A stretch of DNA of 64,000 bases from a virus, in IMG/VR virus record IMGVR_UViG_3300045988_174992. The stretch is one strand, 5' to 3'. Both the position numbers and the translations under genes were made by a program. The notes under the pieces are model-generated. The model did not search any database and was not told the DNA's origin. It saw only the letters and a program-made list of their open reading frames with translations. Shown here piece after piece: positions 53,467 to 64,000 of the stretch (its first letter is position 1; each line of letters opens with the position of its first letter).

Positions 53467-53766
53467 CTAATCTGTATTCTTCAACAAAGTTTCATCATCA
53501 CCAGGTCGATATCCATTACCATATCTATCTTTACAAGTAATGCATTTACCAGTTTCATCCCATACCCATCCATCAACAGGTCCTTCTGAAAAGAATACTT
53601 TACCATGTAATTGGTTTGGAATTTCTTTATAATCTACTGAATCTATTTTTACTTCATACCCAGACTTTGTAATAACCGGTTTATCATTATTGATCCAGTC
53701 CATATCCAATTTATCTGGATTAGACTGGATCATTTTTTCTTCTAATAATTTCGATAGTGTTTTCAT
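53467..53766 (-). CDS. Hypothetical protein (99 aa)
   Basis: Clean ORF. Confidence 0.4.
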   Translation of the reverse strand: MKTLSKLLEEKMIQSNPDKLDMDWINNDKPVITKSGYEVKIDSVDYKEIPNQLHGKVFFSEGPVDGWVWDETGKCITCKDRYGNGYRPGDDETLLKNTD

Positions 53767-53800
53767 ATTTAAAAATTGGTTTAAACCAATTTAGACTACA

Positions 53801-54559
53801 TTATGAAATGGCTGCACGAAGACCTTCGATCTTATCACACTGAGCTTTCTTCTCTACCTTCTTACGATCCTTTTCATAACTATCCTGTCTCTCATATTCC
53901 TTACCCCATTTCTTATAGAAGAAATCATAAGCCTCAGGAATTTCATTCTTAAGCATATTAGTAGTAGTGATAGTAGAGAATGCACAAGAAATATCCTTCT
54001 TGAACTTCAAATATTTCATTGCCTCAATAAAGTAATTCAAGAAAATTTCTTTGACTTCAGGATGATTAAGTGCATACTTTGATATTACATGTACACTATC
54101 ACGACTATTGTCACTATTACAACCCTTGCTGATTTCAAGACCAATGAAGTCAAAATTAAATACATTGTATTTGCTAGTTCTATATCCAAAATAACTTGAA
54201 CCAGAATACTTTACAAGATCAAGCTTGTTTAATAAATCATAAATATAGTTAGCAAACTCAACGGATTCTGGTGTATAATTCCTTTTCTTATTTTCAATTT
54301 TTGCTAAATAACCTGGTTCTTTTGGATCATATTGTGAAGTATTTGCATCAACAAATCTTGCAATATCATAAATGTTTCGCTTCTTCAACTCAAAATAATC
54401 TGGATATTGCTTATATGCTTGCTTTACAATATCTGGCAAATTCTCAGCCATGAAATCAGAAATCTTCTTTTGAGCTTCTGCTTTCTTTTCCATCAAATGA
54501 TTTTTCTCAATATATGTATTACACAAGAAAGTTCCGATTTCATCATACTGATACTTCAA
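53801..54559 (-). CDS. Hypothetical protein (252 aa)
   Basis: Clean ORF. No motif recognised. Confidence 0.45.
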   Translation of the reverse strand: MKYQYDEIGTFLCNTYIEKNHLMEKKAEAQKKISDFMAENLPDIVKQAYKQYPDYFELKKRNIYDIARFVDANTSQYDPKEPGYLAKIENKKRNYTPESVEFANYIYDLLNKLDLVKYSGSSYFGYRTSKYNVFNFDFIGLEISKGCNSDNSRDSVHVISKYALNHPEVKEIFLNYFIEAMKYLKFKKDISCAFSTITTTNMLKNEIPEAYDFFYKKWGKEYERQDSYEKDRKKVEKKAQCDKIEGLRAAIS

Positions 54560-54584
54560 AATAGTTCTACTTTCATAATTTATA

Positions 54585-55079
54585 TTAATTTTTAATGTTT
54601 GACTTTACAATTCTAGCGATATCTGACTTACGTGCATTTGGGTGTCCAGCAACAACATGATTAATTACTGCCTTCATATCCTTTTGAGAAATTTCTCCAT
54701 ACTTAATTACCCAATCTGCTACACCTTCATTGATTTCATCATCTGATGCTGGTTTTGGAAGAAGCTCATTCACAATATTGAGCTGATTCTGTGATTCAGA
54801 AGCATTAGCAATAGACTTTAGCGTGTTGATATTCAAATAAATTTCAACATCCTTCTTAAGCTCTTTCTGTACAGTTTCAAGCAACTTCTTCTCTGTTGCT
54901 AAATCATATACAGGACGTGGCTGACCTTCTTTTACTTCTTGTGTCTTAAATTCCATGATTCGAGACATAATCTGACGAAATGTCATCAAAGCAAACTTGT
55001 CACCCTTTAGCATTGCTTCCTTTACCATAGATGGAAAATCCAAGAAACCATCTTCTGTCTTCTTAATTTCTACAATCAT
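54585..55079 (-). CDS. GatB/YqeY-domain protein
   Basis: 164 aa, all-helical. The layout resembles YqeY proteins: LKGDKFALMTFRQIMSRI, then LLPKPASDDEINEGV, then DMKAVINHVVAGHPNARKSDIARIVK. Confidence 0.45.
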   Translation of the reverse strand: MIVEIKKTEDGFLDFPSMVKEAMLKGDKFALMTFRQIMSRIMEFKTQEVKEGQPRPVYDLATEKKLLETVQKELKKDVEIYLNINTLKSIANASESQNQLNIVNELLPKPASDDEINEGVADWVIKYGEISQKDMKAVINHVVAGHPNARKSDIARIVKSNIKN

Positions 55080-55090
55080 TTTAATAAATT

Positions 55091-55843
55091 TTAAACTTTT
55101 AAAAACTTCTTTAAATATTCTTTAGTTGACGGAACAAACTTACTAGTATCACCAATTGCCCATGCAATATAACCTTGGTCAAAACCAGCTACAAATTCTA
55201 CTCCTAATCCTCTATACTTTCCTAATGTGAAGCAAGGTACAACTTTACCATTGAATTCTTGCATAGCTACTACATTATCAATAGTAAGAATTTCTTCTGG
55301 TTCATAAGGATGTGCTTCTTGCTGCTTTACAAAGATAGCGGCAGTTGCTTTTACATCAGACAAAGCATCATGGGCATTCAAACCACATTCATCCATTGTC
55401 TTACCATAATATCGTTTGAACGTATCTGACAATCTATTTCCATTGATACGCTTTTCTTCATAGAAGCAATCATAATTGTCACAAGTACGTACATCAAACA
55501 ATATTCCACATCTAGAAAATTCTTCTGTCAATATGGCATTATCAAATGAACATCCATTATATGTTACAATATCACATCCAGTAAAGAAATCAAAAATCTC
55601 ACTTGCAACTTCTCTAAAATGAGGTTTGTCTTTTAAAAACTCTGCATTGATATGATGAACCATATAAGCACCAATAGGAATAGAATAACTACCTTCTGGT
55701 TGAATATAATAATTCTTACTATCAATGATTTTCTTTATGTTCCAATCATACTTTACTAATGCAATCTGAATAATCTGATCTTTTGATTTGTCAAGACCTG
55801 TTGACTCAACATCATAAATTACTAATGGTCTATCTCCTAGCAT
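55091..55843 (-). CDS. DnaQ-like DEDDh 3'-5' exonuclease
   Basis: 250 aa. ExoI is VIYDVESTGLD, ExoII is TYNGCSFDNAIL and ExoIII is HDALSDV. Confidence 0.7.
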   Translation of the reverse strand: MLGDRPLVIYDVESTGLDKSKDQIIQIALVKYDWNIKKIIDSKNYYIQPEGSYSIPIGAYMVHHINAEFLKDKPHFREVASEIFDFFTGCDIVTYNGCSFDNAILTEEFSRCGILFDVRTCDNYDCFYEEKRINGNRLSDTFKRYYGKTMDECGLNAHDALSDVKATAAIFVKQQEAHPYEPEEILTIDNVVAMQEFNGKVVPCFTLGKYRGLGVEFVAGFDQGYIAWAIGDTSKFVPSTKEYLKKFLKV

Positions 55844-55881
55844 ATTACTCTTTATTTTATTTGTTAATTAATACAAATATA

Positions 55882-55909
55882 ATATAGAACATTCGTAAAT
55901 TATTTCAAA
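55882..55909 (-). promoter_or_regulatory. Early-type promoter motif
   Basis: Exact match, 38 nt upstream of the exonuclease ATG 55843. Confidence 0.55.
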
Positions 55910-55933
55910 TATTTATTCTAATCTCTTAATATG

Positions 55934-56386
55934 TTAATTATACTTATTTAGTTTCATAAACAAGTGAAAAATATCAAAATCATTGTTCATTCTAATTATG
56001 TCTAATGGCTTCTTGAAATACTTATCAATTTTGTTATTGATAGCATTAATCAACTTGTTGTAAGTATGTAGTGCTTTTTTCTTATTCCTCATTAAGGCAA
56101 TATGATATCCTGTATCTTCATTATATGTATCTTTATCTGATACCTTAGAAGAAGCTGTAGTGGTAAATGTAAATGAATCATAATGGTCATTACCAATATA
56201 ATCAAGAGTTGGATCAATACTGATGAAATCTTCATTAGTAAATGCATAAGAAATAAAATCTAACAAAAATCTCATTTGAGGAAGTCTGCTAAAATCAATT
56301 GTCCATTTGACATCAACTTTAGTTATACCATTCTCTGGATCACTAACGGTTTTAATAATCTTACTTTTAATAAATCTTTTATGCAT
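55934..56386 (-). CDS. Hypothetical protein (150 aa from MHKRF)
   Basis: Start moved to ATG 56386, because the longer ORF overlaps promoter motif 56412-56439. Confidence 0.45.
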   Translation of the reverse strand: MHKRFIKSKIIKTVSDPENGITKVDVKWTIDFSRLPQMRFLLDFISYAFTNEDFISIDPTLDYIGNDHYDSFTFTTTASSKVSDKDTYNEDTGYHIALMRNKKKALHTYNKLINAINNKIDKYFKKPLDIIRMNNDFDIFHLFMKLNKYN

Positions 56387-56411
56387 ATTTAGTATTTTTT
56401 GTTCATATATA

Positions 56412-56439
56412 AGATAGAACAATATTTAGAAATTTCAAT
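56412..56439 (-). promoter_or_regulatory. Early-type promoter motif
   Basis: ATTGAAAT-N12-TTCTATCT (2 mismatches), upstream of ATG 56386. Confidence 0.45.
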
Positions 56440-56482
56440 TTTTAATTTGAATAAATTCAAAAGCCTAAATTGCCTATAAGCA

Positions 56483-56497
56483 ATTTTTATATAACAG
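56483..56497 (+). promoter_or_regulatory. Late-type motif
   Basis: GCAATTTTTATATA (from 56480) is shared with 39426-39439. It lies 21 nt before ATG 56519. Confidence 0.4.
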
Positions 56498-56518
56498 AAG
56501 TTGTATTTTTTAATTCAA

Positions 56519-58411
56519 ATGAAAAGAAAAACTAATCTATTTTATAAATCAGCAAGTCAAGATTCTAGTTTCTTAACTTTCTCTAACTATACAGAATCTT
56601 TGACAGCTAATTTGATGTCTACTGATAACAAGATATATCCTTCTACTTTCTTATGTATCAGTATGCCAAAGCTTAATTCAAGGGATTTTGCAGTAGAATC
56701 TTACAATGAGTGGGAAGAAACTATATTAGATACAAAGAATGTATCTTATACACTTAAGACAAATGTATTTGAAAATTTTGTAATCGAAGATAGTACAAAC
56801 ATAAATAAGATATATGTTGATGATCTTGGAACTGAATATAAAGCTGGTACATTACTTAAAGAAAGTCAAGTTGAATTCTTAATGTCTACAACTATTTCTA
56901 AGACAATATTGATAACATATAGAAATAATACTAAGCATACTAAGCTTTCTGAAAAGTCAAACAATATAAATTCTCCTTATTCTATTACTATAGAAAAAGT
57001 TTTGCTTGACTATAAAGATGATCCAACATTTATCAACAAAAAAGATGAATTGAGTACATTCATTTGGAATAAGCAACAATTGATAAACAAGTTAGTAACT
57101 TACTATGAGAATAAGCTAGCTTCTTTGAGAGATTTTTGTGTAGATAAAGACATGAATCAAGAATCTGTATTGCTTCCATTGAATTACTTATTAGAAACTT
57201 TACTGTCATTTGATCCATCTATTAAGATAAACTATGTAGGTGATATTACAGAGCAAGATTGGAATGGAACATTTTCTGACACTATTTGTGTAGTTGATAC
57301 CAGATCATTCAAATCTGGTACTATAGTAAGTGACAATAACTATGCAATGTCTTTAGCACCAGTTGATGGTGATGATACTAAAGAAAATCCATTGAACAAT
57401 TATGATAGTGAAAGATATTTGCATGGTTGGTTCACAACAAAATCTGAATATATAGAAGAATTAGATTTTGATAAAGATGAAAAGAATACAGTTTCTATAA
57501 ATCCTGTTGCTACTAACAATCTATATACTAATCTATATAGTAAGCTCAGTACAGAAGAACAGATAAAATTCAAAAGAACTCACAATATATCTACTAGTGA
57601 TACCGATGATTATAATACTTATATCATGATGGTACCAGAAGCAGATAAACAAATTCCAGAATACGTAAAGACTTTAGAAGATATAATAGAAGCATCTGAA
57701 ATAAAAGAAGAATATATAGGTCCACATTATGTAGAAGATTTGAAACCAGAATATGACAATTATGAAAATGGAACACATTATTATGAATTGACTTCACCTT
57801 TAAAAGAAATATCTTTTACAACTCATAATGATGTAAAAGAATGGACCGAAGTATCATTCAACTTACTTATCCCATTGTTTGACTTAGTAGATATGAACTA
57901 CAATACAAATTCTACTAATGTTGAATCTTCAGATCATTTGAATTTAACTAATGAAGATGAAGACAAAGAAATGTGTGTTAAGAATATGCCATTAGGCATT
58001 TGGTTCTCTGGTCCACAATTTGTAACATTAAAGTCTGATTTGTCAACTGGATTTTCTCCATCTTGGTCTTTATCATTATCTAGTCAGTTTAAGCCATTTC
58101 CTACTTCTGACTACATGCCTAGTGAGATAACAAATGATGCTAAGAAAGAAGCTTATTGTACATTTGCACAGATACTTTCTAGACAAAATGAAGTATTGGA
58201 TAAGTTTGTTGATATGTCAAAGATAATGAATAAGCTAAGTGAAAGAGTAACTTCATTGGAATCAGCTGTTGGTTCTGTTTTGACAGCTTACAATCTTGAT
58301 ACATTCAGAACTGATATAATGGATTTCAAAAACCAAATAACATATCAAGTATCTTATCTTGAAGCCTCTATTGAAGGTCTGCAGCTTCAGTGGATTCAAC
58401 GTGAAGGTTAA
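56519..58411 (+). CDS. Hypothetical structural protein (630 aa from ATG 56519)
   Basis: The ORF track starts at TTG 56501. ATG 56519 lies 21 nt after the late-type motif. The C-terminus is coiled-coil-like (LSERVTSLESAVGSVLTAYNLD...). Confidence 0.45.
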   Translation: MKRKTNLFYKSASQDSSFLTFSNYTESLTANLMSTDNKIYPSTFLCISMPKLNSRDFAVESYNEWEETILDTKNVSYTLKTNVFENFVIEDSTNINKIYVDDLGTEYKAGTLLKESQVEFLMSTTISKTILITYRNNTKHTKLSEKSNNINSPYSITIEKVLLDYKDDPTFINKKDELSTFIWNKQQLINKLVTYYENKLASLRDFCVDKDMNQESVLLPLNYLLETLLSFDPSIKINYVGDITEQDWNGTFSDTICVVDTRSFKSGTIVSDNNYAMSLAPVDGDDTKENPLNNYDSERYLHGWFTTKSEYIEELDFDKDEKNTVSINPVATNNLYTNLYSKLSTEEQIKFKRTHNISTSDTDDYNTYIMMVPEADKQIPEYVKTLEDIIEASEIKEEYIGPHYVEDLKPEYDNYENGTHYYELTSPLKEISFTTHNDVKEWTEVSFNLLIPLFDLVDMNYNTNSTNVESSDHLNLTNEDEDKEMCVKNMPLGIWFSGPQFVTLKSDLSTGFSPSWSLSLSSQFKPFPTSDYMPSEITNDAKKEAYCTFAQILSRQNEVLDKFVDMSKIMNKLSERVTSLESAVGSVLTAYNLDTFRTDIMDFKNQITYQVSYLEASIEGLQLQWIQREG

Positions 58412-58423
58412 GCAGATAAAAGT

Positions 58424-58439
58424 ATTTTTAAGTATAAGG
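58424..58439 (+). promoter_or_regulatory. Late-type motif (variant)
   Basis: ATTTTTAAGTATAAGG, 24 nt before ATG 58464. Confidence 0.35.
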
Positions 58440-58463
58440 ATATATTAAAGAAGAAATCAACTG

Positions 58464-61400
58464 ATGATAACTAACAATTCTATAAAAGAGTACTATACAA
58501 AACTCCATGGCATGTACATTCAATGCTATGATATGATAAAAGCAATGACCCAGAGTTTGTCTACTAGAGATAGTCAAATATCTTTAGTAGTCACAAACCC
58601 TCAGGGTGAAAGGGAAACTTTAAGAATACCATCATTCTTATATCTTGACAATAAGATAGAGCAGTTGGATTCTTCATTATCTTCATTAATAGAACTTCCA
58701 AATTCTGGTGAAGCTTGGTTGGAGTCAACAAATGACTTGTATAAGATAAAGATGGTTAAGAATGGAATTTCTCCTTCAACACCTAAATTAGAATCTGCAA
58801 ATCCTATTGCGCTATTCAAAGATAACAATTTCTTAAAAGACTTAGTTTCTCCTAAGACTTATTTGAAAGTAAATATTCCAAACATGTCAGATATCATATC
58901 TTCAATGATGATGAAAAAGATAGTTATATATGATTATGATATGTATAATGCTTTATCTGGATACTCTTCTTATGAAGATATAAAGACTGCTTTATATGGA
59001 TATGTAAAAGGAAATGATTATGAAGAATATGATAGTGAACTTGATATTCCTATTAAGCAAGAAAGATATAGAAGTGCATTCAGAATAGAATCTATTCCGA
59101 CAAAAGAAGAATTAGGAAATAATAATCCACATGCTGTTTCTGTTGGTTCAAAACTTTCTTATGTTTTAAACTTAGATACATTTGAATATTTCAATTCAGA
59201 AGATTCAACTATTTCTTATCAGTTGAAAGCAGGTGATTTCTTATGCATGAAAGGACAATCTACTACATGGAAAGTAAAGAATGTAGATTATTCAAATATG
59301 CAGATAGAGATAGAAGAAACTTCTGGGCATACTGCATTACAAACCACAGAAGAAAATGCTGATATGGTTTTCTCTATATACAACAACAATTATTCAGACT
59401 ATCATTATGTTGAAGTACCATTAGAGGAAAACCAATATATCATAGTATTCTTATCAGCAATATCAAACAATACTAGATCTTCTTGGTCTACTCCATTGTT
59501 TTGTGATCTCAATTCTATATATGTGAAAGATGCTGGTGGTAATTTTGTACAAGATGAATACGGCAACAACCTTTCTTATCTGAAATATTATAAGAAATAT
59601 TGTACAAATATTGGTGATTTGATTCTTGGTATAACAAATACTGCTTATCCCCAAATAAGCAACTTTACTATGTCACAATTGGAATCATTACAGGATTCTG
59701 ATGATATGCAAATAGCTGTATCTAATACATTTGATACAGAAAACATATTGCAAGTTGTACCAATCAATAAGCATTTAGTAGATGATACAAGTAATGAAGA
59801 GATAAAGAGCTTACATGCTTCTAAGAATGATTTCCAACAACAAATATCTGCTAAGCAATCTGAAATTAATGAAGTGACAAATAAGCTCATGACTACTGAT
59901 TTCTCTAAAGAGATAACAGTAACTCAGAACTCTCTTAAAACCCAGCTTAATTCTCTATATACAGAAAAGACACATCTACAGTCACAGTTGAATTCTATAG
60001 TAGATGAAATAAACATAAAATCTACTGATTTAGATGTTACTGGAAATGAAGTAAAATATAGAGTAAGAGGAGTAACAGATGTAAAGTATCTTTCTCAACT
60101 TATTTCTTCAATAGGTAATGGAATAGATGTAGAGATAATTGGATGTGATGTTGAGTATAAATACAAATCAACAAATAAAGAAAACAACCAACTCATATCT
60201 ATAGATTCTTCTACTTTTACTGATTGGAATAGATTAAATAATATAGATAGACAAAGAAAGCTGGTATTTGACAATTCTGTTGGAGTTGAATTTGTTGATT
60301 ATTCTACAACAGATAACATTATCAAGTGGAATCAAATTGATATCCCAATACAGCAAGGTGAAGATGTAATCATAAGATTGAGATATAAACTCAATATTGG
60401 ACAACCATTTATTTCTATCTATACCCCTTGGAGTGATGAAAAGACTGTAGTATTCCCATCACAGTATAAGTCTAATATAGATTTGACAACTATACTTACA
60501 GAAAATGATAAAGATACTGTTACTTCATCGTTCTCAAAAACTTTGATAGATGATGGATATACAGAGCATATACAAGATAAAGTAATAAGTTCAGATCAAA
60601 CTTTCTTCCATACACCAGAAAACATATATTCTGGTTTCAACACAGCAGAAAATAAGATGATATCATTGAAGGATAAACTTAATGATATGAATAATAATGT
60701 TGAAAAATGGAAGACTTTGATAGATAATGAGTCAAATAGTAAATTTGAAGTATACTTGACTTATGATGATTATTCTATATTATTGTCACCTAATACAAAA
60801 AATTCAGTAAATATATATAACATCAACCATATTTCTGATATATTCATTAAGAAAAATATGAATATAGTAATAAAGAATACTGGTGATGTTAGACTTAATC
60901 TCTATAGTATATTCCCTGGCAATACAAATACCCCATTGATAAATTGTAATGTTGATTCTTATAATTCTAACTTAGCTAACTTTGAAAGAGTTCCAATGTT
61001 AGTAAACAATAAGATATCTGCACAGTATCTTGGCCAATGGATTTACTTTAGAGAGAATTCTGCTTGGAATGGATCTTCTATATATTTCTCAACCACTGAA
61101 CAGAATGGTAAAGATGAAACAAATGTTTCAAATGGTAATAGATTGGAGTATCAAATAACTCCTTCTAACTATATTGGAATAAAAAACAGACAAGTATTGT
61201 TAGGATATCGACCAAGACAAGGTTCATTACATTATTCTACAATAAGTACAAGTAGTGTAAAATGGAAAGGACTTGTTTTTGATAATATCAATTCTAAAGA
61301 TGGGGTAGATTATACAAAATTATTAGAATATACATCAAAATTAAATGAAATTTCTACTACAGAAAACAAGACTACGGATTCTATCTATGTAGATATAATA

Positions 61401-61901
61401 AAGTCTAATTCTTCTTGGTATAATTACGGGTTATCCAATGACAACAACTGGTTAATGCGATATGAAGATATAGTAAAAGTTTCTTCAAATAATGAAAATG
61501 CTAATTATGAATATCTTACAAATAATACTACATTCAGATCATTTATAAGTAGTGGTGGAAGCATAAAGAATTTCTCATCACAAAACAGTTTTGTCGGTGG
61601 ATTTGTTTACCCATCTTTGCTTTCATTAGATACTATACTTACTAGTGGAGAAGACAAAGCTTCTAAATATATTGAAGTTGGAGAAAGCTTGTCAATCCCA
61701 ATAGAATTTGAATATTATACTAATTCAAATAGTAATTCTATAGTGAAATCATTGTATTTTGATTTGAGAAATTCCTTAATAAGAGACCCTTATCATTATA
61801 TGATTGAATTCACAGGAAACTATGATATGTCATCAGAAAATATAGATACATCTTCTAATTCATATAATGCATTTACTGATGAAGTAATATCAATGAAGTA
61901 A
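58464..61901 (+). CDS. Large hypothetical structural protein (1145 aa) with central coiled-coil
   Basis: Long ORF with a heptad-like stretch (SKNDFQQQISAKQSEINEVTNKL...LKTQLNSLYTEKTHLQSQLNSIVDEIN). No catalytic motif. Confidence 0.45.
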   Translation: MITNNSIKEYYTKLHGMYIQCYDMIKAMTQSLSTRDSQISLVVTNPQGERETLRIPSFLYLDNKIEQLDSSLSSLIELPNSGEAWLESTNDLYKIKMVKNGISPSTPKLESANPIALFKDNNFLKDLVSPKTYLKVNIPNMSDIISSMMMKKIVIYDYDMYNALSGYSSYEDIKTALYGYVKGNDYEEYDSELDIPIKQERYRSAFRIESIPTKEELGNNNPHAVSVGSKLSYVLNLDTFEYFNSEDSTISYQLKAGDFLCMKGQSTTWKVKNVDYSNMQIEIEETSGHTALQTTEENADMVFSIYNNNYSDYHYVEVPLEENQYIIVFLSAISNNTRSSWSTPLFCDLNSIYVKDAGGNFVQDEYGNNLSYLKYYKKYCTNIGDLILGITNTAYPQISNFTMSQLESLQDSDDMQIAVSNTFDTENILQVVPINKHLVDDTSNEEIKSLHASKNDFQQQISAKQSEINEVTNKLMTTDFSKEITVTQNSLKTQLNSLYTEKTHLQSQLNSIVDEINIKSTDLDVTGNEVKYRVRGVTDVKYLSQLISSIGNGIDVEIIGCDVEYKYKSTNKENNQLISIDSSTFTDWNRLNNIDRQRKLVFDNSVGVEFVDYSTTDNIIKWNQIDIPIQQGEDVIIRLRYKLNIGQPFISIYTPWSDEKTVVFPSQYKSNIDLTTILTENDKDTVTSSFSKTLIDDGYTEHIQDKVISSDQTFFHTPENIYSGFNTAENKMISLKDKLNDMNNNVEKWKTLIDNESNSKFEVYLTYDDYSILLSPNTKNSVNIYNINHISDIFIKKNMNIVIKNTGDVRLNLYSIFPGNTNTPLINCNVDSYNSNLANFERVPMLVNNKISAQYLGQWIYFRENSAWNGSSIYFSTTEQNGKDETNVSNGNRLEYQITPSNYIGIKNRQVLLGYRPRQGSLHYSTISTSSVKWKGLVFDNINSKDGVDYTKLLEYTSKLNEISTTENKTTDSIYVDIIKSNSSWYNYGLSNDNNWLMRYEDIVKVSSNNENANYEYLTNNTTFRSFISSGGSIKNFSSQNSFVGGFVYPSLLSLDTILTSGEDKASKYIEVGESLSIPIEFEYYTNSNSNSIVKSLYFDLRNSLIRDPYHYMIEFTGNYDMSSENIDTSSNSYNAFTDEVISMK

Positions 61902-61924
61902 AATATAAGTAAATAATTGAATAA

Positions 61925-63682
61925 ATGGCAATTTCAGAATATAATAAAGTAAGTTTCATTACTTCATCATCAACCAAAATACCTAAGATGCTAAACAGAA
62001 CTGGTTCACTCATAGTTCTGTCTAGTATCTTATCTAACAATCATAAGAGAACTTCTCTTTGGTTGAGAGGTAACTTGATTGCTAGTGGATGGGGATTAGA
62101 AAAAGAAGAAAATATGAATAATGCTGAATGGATTGCAATGTCATACAATCCAATATTCAGTCAAACATTTGGAATGTCTTACTTTTCACCTGAAGAAGAC
62201 GTAGTAGAAACTATAGATAATCCAAGATCTATAGAAATGTGGTTGAAACATAATCACAACTATACAGATACTTGTTACAATAATCTCTATACTTATGCAT
62301 CTGATCAATTTACTAAGATAAACAAAGATATAAATGGTATAAAAAATGATATTGGAAATATTGATATAAAACTCAATAAATACAAAGATGAAACTTATAC
62401 TTATGTAGCAACTGCTAAAGAAAATTGCTATACATATACAAAATATTGGGTAGACAGAATTATAGGAGGTGCACCAGATTTCTTAGATTCTTTAGATGAA
62501 ATAAAGAATTTCTTGAAGAATGATAGAGAAAATCACATGGCAACTCTTGCTAAGATTCAGAATATTGATAAATATTCTGTTAAGAGAGAAGATGAAATAA
62601 GTTCTGATGGAAAGCTATATACTTACATATCCACAAAATCCACTTATGAATATGTTGACAAGAATATAACGTATGAAGGTACTTATGAATATATAACTTA
62701 TGATAGTGATGGAAATCCAATAAAGAATACAGGTACTTATACTTATTATGGAACCTCTGTTTATGAAGGTGGACAGATATCTTTGAATTCTTTCCAAGTA
62801 TGCACTGGAGAAAAATGGAAAAATACTCCGTTGGATAGGCTTTTGAATTTATTAGTAGAACCATATCCTTATAAGAAACCTGTATTGAATAATGTAGTTA
62901 TAAATGATGTTTCATTAGAAAATTGGTCTAATGAAGTAATTGAATATAATTCAAAAGTGAATTTAGATACAATTAAACTAGATATATCATTAAATGATGC
63001 TTCTTCCACTACATTAACATTTGAAAATTCCATATTGAAGAATACAGCTTCTTTAAGAAATGGATTAAACAATGTAACCGGATTGTTGAATTCAATATCT
63101 ACTATATCAAAGAACCCTACCACTAAAGCAGAAGCATTAAATTTGATAAATAAGGAGTATACATTGAATGCTAACATGAAATATCAGTTCAACCATGGTA
63201 AAGCTAATGTAAACTTATATCCACAACTAAAATCTTTGAATATAGAAGATACAGATCATGCATTTGCTGAAGGTCTTACAGAGAAAACATATTTCCCAAA
63301 AATCAATAAGAAATTTTCATTTAAGGTTTTCTGGGGTATAACTGATCAAAGTGCTCCTACAACAGCAAATGGACTTAGTGGACAATCAAGCAAATTGATT
63401 GATTCAAAAGAATCTACCGGACAACTTAAAATAACCAACTTATCAGGACAATATATAATTTGGATTGCTTTACCTGCCCCATTATTTGACAATTCTAAGG
63501 TAATAATGAAATCATGGAATTCAGGAATTGAAAACGATATAACAGAGATAAATTCAGTAATGTTGAAAAAGCATATTTCTGATAAGTACGTCTATAATGG
63601 AACAGAATACAAAACATTCTATTTAGAAAATATTGAATACACAATGTTTGCAGATACCATGACTTTAGAAGTCAATTTTTAA
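61925..63682 (+). CDS. Hypothetical structural protein (585 aa)
   Basis: Long ORF co-directional with the previous two genes. Confidence 0.45.
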   Translation: MAISEYNKVSFITSSSTKIPKMLNRTGSLIVLSSILSNNHKRTSLWLRGNLIASGWGLEKEENMNNAEWIAMSYNPIFSQTFGMSYFSPEEDVVETIDNPRSIEMWLKHNHNYTDTCYNNLYTYASDQFTKINKDINGIKNDIGNIDIKLNKYKDETYTYVATAKENCYTYTKYWVDRIIGGAPDFLDSLDEIKNFLKNDRENHMATLAKIQNIDKYSVKREDEISSDGKLYTYISTKSTYEYVDKNITYEGTYEYITYDSDGNPIKNTGTYTYYGTSVYEGGQISLNSFQVCTGEKWKNTPLDRLLNLLVEPYPYKKPVLNNVVINDVSLENWSNEVIEYNSKVNLDTIKLDISLNDASSTTLTFENSILKNTASLRNGLNNVTGLLNSISTISKNPTTKAEALNLINKEYTLNANMKYQFNHGKANVNLYPQLKSLNIEDTDHAFAEGLTEKTYFPKINKKFSFKVFWGITDQSAPTTANGLSGQSSKLIDSKESTGQLKITNLSGQYIIWIALPAPLFDNSKVIMKSWNSGIENDITEINSVMLKKHISDKYVYNGTEYKTFYLENIEYTMFADTMTLEVNF

Positions 63683-63712
63683 CTAAATCGAATATATTAA
63701 ATAGCCAACAAA

Positions 63713-64000
63713 ATGGGTAATAAAATTCCATCTAGAGTATATGATACAAAAGGAAGAGTTGTAGATGTTGCATTCTCAATGAGAAGAAACACCAAGCAAC
63801 CATTGGATGAATCTTCTCTTCCTTTAAGTTATGATTCTTTAAAAGAAGAGATGAGGACTGGTACTTCATCTATATATAAGGGTCAAATTGTTGTAACTCA
63901 AGGACCTGAAACAATACCAGAAGGAGAAAACCAATCATATTATTATACTCCTTTCCTAATAAAGAATGAAGGTAATAGTGATGTTTCTTATTATGCTGAT
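63713..64000 (+). CDS. N-terminal part of a CDS running off the window (product unknown)
   Basis: ATG at 63713 (MGNKIPSRVYDTKGRVV...), open to the window end. Confidence 0.45.
   Translation, partial: MGNKIPSRVYDTKGRVVDVAFSMRRNTKQPLDESSLPLSYDSLKEEMRTGTSSIYKGQIVVTQGPETIPEGENQSYYYTPFLIKNEGNSDVSYYAD

Noticed and set aside
1-64000. Stop-codon reassignment (TAG or TGA recoding), as described in some crAss-like and Lak phages
   Set aside because: ORFs of 1100-2170 aa are uninterrupted in the standard code on both strands, and genes tile the window with short gaps. The only broken gene (16701..17053) needs a frame shift, not a stop read-through.

Overview
Strongly AT-rich, gene-dense segment of a large tailed dsDNA phage genome. 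The host is probably Bacteroidota: almost no Shine-Dalgarno sequences, a TTTG-type promoter spacing, and BACON-like repeat motifs in the giant fibre proteins. No rRNA, tRNA, CRISPR array, integrase or transposase is visible. All calls come from reading motifs by eye, with no homology search.

Coding content:
- Plus-strand baseplate block at 234-5012 (gp25-like and gp6/J-like genes).
- ParB-like protein plus P-loop ATPase at 5015-7804.
- Minus-strand sugar cassette at 8897-10902 (kinase-like protein plus KdsD-like SIS isomerase).
- Minus-strand block of small early-type genes, an Fe-S DinG/XPD-like helicase and a RuvC-like resolvase at 12.4-20 kb.
- Minus-strand tail module at 20.2-37.5 kb: a 2172-aa tape-measure-like protein rich in hydrophobic segments, a 1277-aa and a 506-aa fibre-like protein, an 868-aa SHAEG-repeat fibre, a GT2, and a free-standing Peptidase_G2/IMC-like domain.
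- A 1319-aa plus-strand fibre-like protein.
- Putative lysis and cell-wall genes at 43.5-47.4 kb.
- More glycosyltransferases, an S1-repeat protein, a YqeY-like protein, a DnaQ-like exonuclease, and three large plus-strand structural genes at 56.5-63.7 kb.

Main non-coding observations:
1. A four-copy, GC-rich structured element sits 4-11 nt after stop codons, always in the sense orientation of the upstream gene. It has compensatory base changes in two helices and a copy-specific inner hairpin. I cannot assign it to any RNA family I know.
2. A promoter-like motif, TTTGAAAT-N12-TTCTATAT, lies in front of at least 9 minus-strand genes.
3. A second motif, ATTTTTA..TA(T)AAG, lies in front of structural genes, often right after terminators.
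4. An identical ATGATTATGAAT (MIMN) start cassette is shared by four small genes.
5. A small gene is split by a -1 frame change.
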